The notes beneath the pieces were generated by a model. That model did not search any database and was not told the DNA's origin. It worked only from the letters and a program-made list of their open reading frames with translations. From an uncultured virus (IMG/VR IMGVR_UViG_3300030329_002885) (Duplodnaviria; Heunggongvirae; Uroviricota; Caudoviricetes; Crassvirales), in IMG/VR virus record IMGVR_UViG_3300030329_002885: DNA of 64,000 nucleotides. One strand, given 5' to 3'. The position numbers and the translations under genes are program-made. Positions 9,787 to 15,539 of this stretch are shown here, piece by piece. Each line of letters starts with the position of its first letter. Position 1 is the stretch's first letter.

Positions 9787-9890
9787 GTTTAATCGATTTT
9801 TTATGGATTATTGTGATGATTTCAATAAGGTATATCATCAACCTTGTTATATCTATAGTTAATAGAGGTGATAAATAGGAAGGTAAAAAC

Positions 9891-9971
9891 CTATTCATCA
9901 ACTCTATCTTGTTCATTCATATATACTAACATGTATGTAATCATGAACGTTACTGCTATTATTGTTCCCAT
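9891..9971 (-). CDS. Tiny hydrophobic peptide (26 aa)
   Basis: MGTIIAVTFMITYMLVYMNEQDRVDE; overlaps the end of the upstream ORF. Confidence 0.4.
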   Translation of the reverse strand: MGTIIAVTFMITYMLVYMNEQDRVDE

Positions 9972-10060
9972 CTCTCATCATTTTTATCTGGCATAAGTAT
10001 CCAGCATATAGCTGCTACAGCCAATACTTTTAATATTACTCCTATTTCTTCATGTGTCAT
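9959..10060 (-). CDS. Tiny single-TM peptide (33 aa)
   Basis: MTHEEIGVILKVLAVAAICWILMPDKNDERWEQ; ATGA coupling to the upstream ORF. Confidence 0.5.
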   Translation of the reverse strand: MTHEEIGVILKVLAVAAICWILMPDKNDERWEQ

Positions 10061-10158
10061 AACAGTAGTTTTTCTTTCTTAATGTCTACACCTCTCATGA
10101 TCAACTCACGATAAATATATAACATCCAATCGTTGTAGCTTAATCTCTTTTTTTTCAT
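10057..10158 (-). CDS. Tiny peptide (33 aa)
   Basis: MKKKRLSYNDWMLYIYRELIMRGVDIKKEKLLL; A-rich leader and ATGA overlap. Confidence 0.5.
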   Translation of the reverse strand: MKKKRLSYNDWMLYIYRELIMRGVDIKKEKLLL

Positions 10159-10169
10159 AATTATATATT

Positions 10170-10334
10170 TTAATGGTAAGCAGGACATAAAGTGTAAGTT
10201 TTATGATAATTTGAATTAGCGCAACTTGCTGTGCTTGTGCAAGAATTCATAAATAACATAATCATTATTATACCAGCTATTATAGCTGCTATATTACCTC
10301 GCCTTTTAGCGATTTTAAACTCTTCTTCAGTCAT
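10170..10334 (-). CDS. Small putative lipoprotein (54 aa)
   Basis: MTEEEFKIAKRRGNIAAIIAGIIMIMLFMNSC-TSTASCANSNYHKTYTLCPAYH: basic N-region, hydrophobic core, lipobox-like SC. Confidence 0.6.
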   Translation of the reverse strand: MTEEEFKIAKRRGNIAAIIAGIIMIMLFMNSCTSTASCANSNYHKTYTLCPAYH

Positions 10335-10350
10335 ATCTTTATTTATTTAG

Positions 10351-10572
10351 TTAATATTCATCAGGATGTCTATGAAGTGCGTCTTCTAACTGAGCACATT
10401 CAGTAGACAATTTTCTTACTTTATCTTTAAGCTTATTGTTTTCTTCTAATAATTTAATAACTTTAGCTTGATTATTTATAGTTGCAATTTGTGATTTAAC
10501 TAAATGTTGTATGTCTATTACAGTTTTATTATCTGCTTCATAGATTAACATTTCATTTTTTACTTTATCCAT
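10351..10572 (-). CDS. Small coiled-coil protein
   Basis: Heptad pattern and A-rich leader. Confidence 0.55.
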   Translation of the reverse strand: MDKVKNEMLIYEADNKTVIDIQHLVKSQIATINNQAKVIKLLEENNKLKDKVRKLSTECAQLEDALHRHPDEY

Positions 10573-10590
10573 AGTTTTATTTATGTTTAA

Positions 10591-10743
10591 TTAATGTTTA
10601 GGTTAAAAACTATTATAAGTCAGGAGTTGTTAGTAGTATTATGTACACTTATACTAAAGCTTTTGATCCATTAGCCTGTAAAGAGCCATCATAGCAATCT
10701 TGTGCTAGGCTCACCTTATGATAGTTAATGTTTAGGTTAAAAA
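10591..10743. repeat. 19-bp direct repeat flanking a multi-stem element
   Basis: TTAATGTTTAGGTTAAAAA at 10591-10609 and 10725-10743. Confidence 0.85.
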
Positions 10744-11131
10744 GAACAGTTTAAATACTTATTCAGGTATTATTTTGTCCCCCAGTTCTCTGTTAACGAG
10801 TGTAGTGCCTGGTGGTATCACATTTATCTACTTTATATCTAAAGAGCTTACACCATCACAGATGTCTTTAGTTTAGATTTGTATTAATAAAGTAAGAGCT
10901 GTGCTAAACTCTTACTTTTTACATTGAATGTTCAGTAACAAGTATTACGACAAATAATAGAGCACAAACCTCACATTCTATATTAATAAAAGGCTGTATC
11001 GCAGCTCACACCTCAATTTAGGGTGTAACGGAAGGATTCATCAGCCTCTTCTAGTCATAAGTGTTACCTTTTAATTTAGCATCTTCATATATGTAGATTA
11101 CTAACATTAATATTAATATCTCCATCATATC

Positions 11132-11341
11132 TTATTTTTTATAGTATTCTATCCATAAAGAATCAGATTGATATTTATATTCTGTCCATAATTTATCTAT
11201 TTCACGTTGAACATTGTTTCTATGAAATAGTTGTTCATCTGTTAATTTTGTTGTTCCACAGGATGATGTTAATAGTAATATTATAATTGCTATAATAACC
11301 ATTATACTTAATCCTATAGAGTTAGCTTTTGTATTTGTCAT
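11132..11341 (-). CDS. Small lipoprotein
   Basis: Hydrophobic core followed by the lipobox LTSSC. Confidence 0.7.
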   Translation of the reverse strand: MTNTKANSIGLSIMVIIAIIILLLTSSCGTTKLTDEQLFHRNNVQREIDKLWTEYKYQSDSLWIEYYKK

Positions 11342-11694
11342 CTTGTTATTTTTAAGTTAAACTTTATTTTAATAAATAATAAAACATTTAATAGGTTGAC
11401 AAATTCCACCTTTAAAATCTAAGCTAGTTAATTCTAGACAGTTATACAGTAACTGCATTAAAGTTTTGGTCTCTTCCATTAATTACTATCGCTATTAATA
11501 ACTAATTAAATTATGGCGCTTCATTAATTTTAAATCCTACTAAATGTTATATTATATTATGTTGTTAAATTGATTAATTGTTAAATTGTGGCATAATGTG
11601 CCGTGTGAGACTTAGCACACATATTCACGAACTCTTTCCGTAATTTAGTGAGAGTCTTTGTTTGTGTGTGTGTTTGTCTTTGTTTGTGTTAAAT

Positions 11695-11730
11695 AAAAAA
11701 GAGAAAGACTGCACATTAAAGTGCAATCTT
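11695..11730 (-). terminator. Intrinsic terminator
   Basis: Minus strand AAGATTGCAC-tttaat-GTGCAGTCTT then TCTCTTTTTT; the stop codon of 11716-11901 lies in the loop. Confidence 0.7.
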
Positions 11731-11901
11731 AGCTCCAACTACAAATGAATCAAATATAGATTCAGTATAAGTAGTGACTATCTTACCTAATACGATTGTG
11801 CCGTCAGGCGCAACGTAATCAGCTGTCTTACCACAACGCATTGGTTGTCCATGCCTATCCGCTTGCGTAGCGAATACCTTAGTTAATTCTACAGTTTCCA
11901 T
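11716..11901 (-). CDS. Hypothetical protein, first gene of the leftward arm
   Basis: 61-aa ORF with A-rich leader and its own terminator. Confidence 0.65.
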   Translation of the reverse strand: METVELTKVFATQADRHGQPMRCGKTADYVAPDGTIVLGKIVTTYTESIFDSFVVGAKIAL

Positions 11902-12065
11902 AATATTTACCTTTTTTTGAGTTTTAATAGTGGGTACTCAATTTACCGAAACATAGTAGGGGTCTTTGTCAGTGTTGGTTCCCACGCTCACAGATCCTGT
12001 CCTAAAAAATTTTTTTTATATTTGAAATTTAACATTTACGTAACATACGTCAGTAAAATACTACT

Positions 12066-12073
12066 TATATTTG
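12066..12073 (+). promoter_or_regulatory. Bacteroidota -7 promoter box
   Basis: TATATTTG ending 4 nt before ATG 12078. Confidence 0.45.
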
Positions 12074-12077
12074 TAGT

Positions 12078-12149
12078 ATGAGACGATTAGATATATCCCC
12101 TATAGTATATATTCTTTTAATGATTTGTATGTTTTTAGTTGGATTGTAA
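12078..12149 (+). CDS. Putative leaderless hydrophobic peptide (23 aa)
   Basis: MRRLDISPIVYILLMICMFLVGL directly after a -7 box. Confidence 0.4.
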   Translation: MRRLDISPIVYILLMICMFLVGL

Positions 12150-12168
12150 TATTTTTTTATTATTTTTG
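12139..12168 (+). promoter_or_regulatory. Bacteroidota sigma-A promoter for the ncRNA candidate
   Basis: TTG(12139-41)-N19-TATTTTTG(12161-68). Confidence 0.65.
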
Positions 12169-12172
12169 CATC

Positions 12173-12440
12173 GCAACATTATCACCCTACGGTAACCAAA
12201 AATAGGGAAAGACATCGGATTGTAGACCCAAATAGGGTTAGAGTTTTCTCCGGTAGTTGCAAAAAGAGTTAGTGTATAAACTTTAGTTAGGGTACAATTA
12301 GCACACAGGTAAGTGCGGTGAATTAACATCAGTTTTAGTATCCTTGGGTCCCGTAAAAGGAGCACTGCTAAAGTGAAATCCAAACTTGAAATTAAAATCT
12401 CCAAGGGGGAAAACTATATCTAGTTCTTAACCCTGTCTTA
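12173..12440 (+). ncRNA. Candidate large structured non-coding RNA, family unassigned
   Basis: GC-richer than its flanks, no credible sense ORF, bracketed by two promoters. Long-range helices: AAGACA/TGTCTT, GGGTTA/TAACCC, AGTTTTCTC/GGGAAAACT, CCTTGG/CCAAGG, plus local hairpins. Confidence 0.6.
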
Positions 12441-12459
12441 AAACTTTTCTTAAAAAATA

Positions 12460-12492
12460 TTTGGAAGTATAAAAAAATAATTTATATATTTG
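12460..12492 (+). promoter_or_regulatory. Bacteroidota sigma-A promoter for the groES-terminase operon
   Basis: TTTG-N21-TATATTTG. Confidence 0.65.
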
Positions 12493-12511
12493 TCAAAAAA
12501 ATATATAGATT

Positions 12512-12775
12512 ATGAAATTTAAACCAAATGGATCGTGGGTTGTCCTGCCTGACCCAAGTAAATTAAAAACAGATTCTGGAATTATTTTAGATGAAAAAAC
12601 TGCAAAAAGTTTAAATACTAATGTATTAGAAGTTCTTGCTGCAGGACCACAATGTCATTTTGCTAAAGTAGGTGATACTGTTATGGTAGATCCTAGATCA
12701 GAAGCTATGATTGTAGATCTTGATGATACACAATATATAATGATTTCTGAACACCAATTATTAGGTAAGTGGTAA
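12512..12775 (+). CDS. groES: Co-chaperonin GroES / Cpn10
   Basis: FKPNGSWVVL, mobile loop KTDSGIIL, VLAAGP, KVGDTVM, YIMISEHQLLG. Confidence 0.85.
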   Translation: MKFKPNGSWVVLPDPSKLKTDSGIILDEKTAKSLNTNVLEVLAAGPQCHFAKVGDTVMVDPRSEAMIVDLDDTQYIMISEHQLLGKW

Positions 12776-13008
12776 AAGGCACTGTTAGTATATCTTTAGA
12801 TGATTACCATACTTTACTAGAAGCAGCAGAAAAATCTTTAGAAGTAAAAGGTAATTTAGATATTGCTATAAAAGAACTGCAAGTTTTTTTGTCTTATTTG
12901 TGTACAAGAGAAGATATAGAAAAACATGTAGGAGAATTTAATAGGCAATCTAAAACTTCTGTGATTAATATTAACGGTGGAATAGCAAAAATAGAATTAA
13001 AAAAATAA
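12769..13008 (+). CDS. Hypothetical protein
   Basis: GTG-start ORF overlapping the groES end. Confidence 0.55.
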   Translation: MVKGTVSISLDDYHTLLEAAEKSLEVKGNLDIAIKELQVFLSYLCTREDIEKHVGEFNRQSKTSVININGGIAKIELKK

Positions 13009-13018
13009 TTAGAATATT

Positions 13019-13345
13019 ATGAAAAGAAAAATAACAGTTAAAATAGATAGCACAATAAAATATATTCAGTTATGGAATGGTATATTTAATTTAACAGATA
13101 AAGAAGTTCAAATACTTTCTGCGTTTATAGATATTCAAAATATAACTGAAGAAGTTAATTTTTGTAGTGTTAAAAATAAAAAAGAAGTGTCAAGAATAGT
13201 AGGTATTAAAGACTACAACACTTTAAATAATTATATTAAAAGATTTAAAGATAAAGGAGCAATAAGAAAAAAAGATAATAACTATAAACTTAATCCTTTT
13301 TTAAATCCAGAAACAGATAGTGTAGAAATAATAATAAAAAGATGA
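13019..13345 (+). CDS. Winged-helix-like DNA-binding protein
   Basis: LTDKEVQIL...KKEVSRIVGIKDYNTLNNYIKRFKDKGAIRK. Confidence 0.6.
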   Translation: MKRKITVKIDSTIKYIQLWNGIFNLTDKEVQILSAFIDIQNITEEVNFCSVKNKKEVSRIVGIKDYNTLNNYIKRFKDKGAIRKKDNNYKLNPFLNPETDSVEIIIKR

Positions 13346-13461
13346 AAATAGATGATATGTATAACTATATAGTACCTTCTTATTTTAGTATTGGAGAGTA
13401 CGAAATAGTAATATTGCAAGATCCTTATGGAACTTTATTAACTTTAAGAATACAAGAATGA
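13342..13461 (+). CDS. Small hypothetical protein (39 aa)
   Basis: MKIDDMYNYIVPSYFSIGEYEIVILQDPYGTLLTLRIQE; ATGA overlaps at both ends. Confidence 0.55.
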   Translation: MKIDDMYNYIVPSYFSIGEYEIVILQDPYGTLLTLRIQE

Positions 13462-13772
13462 CAGATAATAACCATGATATAAGTAAAGAGAGCGATCTTT
13501 ATCAAAAACCTCCAACATTATTTCAAATGGTTAAAGGTTTTAGTAAAGAACTTGTAGAATATGTAAAACAAGGTGCACCTAATGTAAGTCCAGAAGATTA
13601 TGCAGATAGATTAGATGCATGTAAAGCGTGTCCACATTTAAAAGAAAAATTTATGAGGTGTGGATTATGTGGGTGTATGATTCAACATAAAGCTAAATGG
13701 AAAACAACCACTTGTCCTGATAAACCAGAAAGGTGGGCAAAGCAAGAAGATATACCTAATGAAGAAGAATAA
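13458..13772 (+). CDS. Cys-rich putative zinc-binding protein (DUF6171-like)
   Basis: RLDACKACPHL...CGLCGC...K.....CP....W. Confidence 0.6.
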   Translation: MTDNNHDISKESDLYQKPPTLFQMVKGFSKELVEYVKQGAPNVSPEDYADRLDACKACPHLKEKFMRCGLCGCMIQHKAKWKTTTCPDKPERWAKQEDIPNEEE

Positions 13773-13989
13773 AAAAGAAATTATTCATTATTTAGCAAAT
13801 AAGTATAATATGCCTTTACAAACTATTAATAAAATAGTATCACATCAATTTAAGTATGTTTCTGAAATAATTAAAGAGGGGAATTTTGATACTATACGTC
13901 TCCCATACTTTGGTAAATTCTCTGTAAATCCAAAAAGAGTTAAATACTTAACTGAGTTAAAAAATAAAAAAGATAATGATCAAAAATAA
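13759..13989 (+). CDS. IHF/HU-like DNA-binding protein
   Basis: KEIIHYLANKYNM...IRLPYFGKF. Confidence 0.7.
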   Translation: MKKNKKEIIHYLANKYNMPLQTINKIVSHQFKYVSEIIKEGNFDTIRLPYFGKFSVNPKRVKYLTELKNKKDNDQK

Positions 13990-14263
13990 AAAGAAAATCA
14001 AAAAGAAAGTTTATTTAAACGGTATTCCAAAAAAGATTGATTATGATGCTTATATGGTAATACGAAATCAAGAAGAACAATTAAAAAATCATGAAACAGC
14101 TCTTCTTAAATATGTTTTGATTTATGAAACTAAGAAAAAACATAATGATGATGAAAAGGTATTATATAAGTATTGTATGCAATTCCCTACTATTACTGAA
14201 ACTTTAAAACAAATTAAAGAAGAAAAAGAAAAAGAAAAAAAGAGTGAAAAAGTTAAAGTATAA
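13976..14263 (+). CDS. Hypothetical protein
   Basis: Overlapping ORF within the operon. Confidence 0.5.
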   Translation: MIKNKKKIKKKVYLNGIPKKIDYDAYMVIRNQEEQLKNHETALLKYVLIYETKKKHNDDEKVLYKYCMQFPTITETLKQIKEEKEKEKKSEKVKV

Positions 14264-14759
14264 AATAAGAGCAGCACTAGTTAGGTTCTTTTTAAAATGT
14301 TGTGAGCTATTAAAAGGACATTGTTATTGTACAAATCATTTTTATTATGAAGAAAAATATATTAAAATTAAAGATTTAAAAAATGGTACAGAGCAAGAAA
14401 CAAATAGGTTTGCTGATATACCAATGAAAGACTTATTATTAGATAATATACGTGCACCGTATAAAGTAAGTACTTGGCAAGAGTTGTATGATAGTATAAA
14501 AAGACACGGATTAAAAGTAAATCCAAAAGTAGTACAAAGTAAATATGGATATGAGTTATATGATGGCAATCATAGAATAAAAATCTTAGAACATTTGTAT
14601 GGTAAAGATTATAAAATTAAAGTAGATATTTATTTAGTGCATAAAAATATTATTCCTTATTATACTACTATGGGGAAGACAGAAGACTTAGAATTTAAAA
14701 AATCTATGATTAGAAATGAATTAACAAAAACTGAAAGAAAGCTATATGGCCCTAAGTAA
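14244..14759 (+). CDS. ParB/Srx N-terminal-like domain protein
   Basis: LYDSIKRHGL..P.VV....YELYDGNHR. Confidence 0.7.
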   Translation: MKKLKYKIRAALVRFFLKCCELLKGHCYCTNHFYYEEKYIKIKDLKNGTEQETNRFADIPMKDLLLDNIRAPYKVSTWQELYDSIKRHGLKVNPKVVQSKYGYELYDGNHRIKILEHLYGKDYKIKVDIYLVHKNIIPYYTTMGKTEDLEFKKSMIRNELTKTERKLYGPK

Positions 14760-15267
14760 TGATTTAATACATATTAAAGATAATAAAGCTGTACCAAGTT
14801 CTTATGCTAAAACAATATTAGAGTTTAAAGACTTAAATGCACAAGAGTTAGGATTTATATATTTTATGGAAGATCATAAAAGTCCTTTTGCAGTTTATGA
14901 AAAAGAGCAACGTAGTATTGAAGTAAAAAATAGTATATTTGGAGAAAATAAAAAGTGGAAACCTTCAGCAAAGGTTTTAGCTGGATGTGCAAAATACGAA
15001 AAATTACTAGAAACTTCAGCTGTACGATTGTTAAAAGCAGCTAGAGAATCTATAGTTAAATTAGAAAAGTATTTTAGAGATGTAGACTTACATTTAATGG
15101 ATGACCATGGTAAACCTATATTTCATGCAAAAGATTTAATAGCTAATCTATCTAATATGGGTAAAGTAATAGATGGATTAACAAGATTAGAAGAAATAGT
15201 AAAAAAAGAAGAACAAGCCGCTAACACAAATAGAGGTGGAATTGAAGTAAATAAATATAGTATGTAA
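14746..15267 (+). CDS. Conserved crAss-like protein, candidate terminase small subunit
   Basis: Helical protein ending in an RGG-containing tail, two genes before terL; function inferred from position only. Confidence 0.4.
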   Translation: MALSNDLIHIKDNKAVPSSYAKTILEFKDLNAQELGFIYFMEDHKSPFAVYEKEQRSIEVKNSIFGENKKWKPSAKVLAGCAKYEKLLETSAVRLLKAARESIVKLEKYFRDVDLHLMDDHGKPIFHAKDLIANLSNMGKVIDGLTRLEEIVKKEEQAANTNRGGIEVNKYSM

Positions 15268-15539
15268 TGGATTTTTTAGAAGACTTAGAGCTTTATGAGC
15301 GAGCAATGAATAATGCTTATGATCTTATAACTAAACGTAAAACTTTAGATGATATTTATTATGAATTGGAAGAAGATACAATAGATATTTTTCCTTTACC
15401 ATTTGACCCAATAATAGAGGATGGTAGGACTGATGATATAATAGATATGGTTATTGAGCATTTTACAAGTACAGAAGAGTATGAAAAATGTGCAGAGTTA
15501 GTTAAGATTAAAAATAAATGCCAAGATTTAAGAATATAG
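15267..15539 (+). CDS. Small acidic protein with UVR-like motif
   Basis: FTSTEEYEKCAELVKIK. Confidence 0.55.
   Translation: MDFLEDLELYERAMNNAYDLITKRKTLDDIYYELEEDTIDIFPLPFDPIIEDGRTDDIIDMVIEHFTSTEEYEKCAELVKIKNKCQDLRI

Noticed and set aside
10591..10743. CRISPR mini-array
   Set aside because: Only two 19-bp repeats, a 115-nt structured interval, and no cas genes in the window.
11030..11050. Hammerhead ribozyme (CTGATGA on the minus strand)
   Set aside because: No GAAA core segment with a compatible stem arrangement.
12135..12404. 89-aa minus-strand ORF
   Set aside because: Atypical composition; it is antisense to a promoter-driven structured region that is better explained as RNA.
12173..12440. 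RNase P RNA, tmRNA or group I/II intron identity for the ncRNA
   Set aside because: Only loose echoes (GGGAAAGAC, AACCCTGTCTTA, GTGCG). It lacks GAGGAAAGUCC and a P1 helix, tRNA-like ends, and intron catalytic cores.
9790..12500. tRNA genes
   Set aside because: No canonical T-arm (GTTCRA) with a matching acceptor stem was found by eye.
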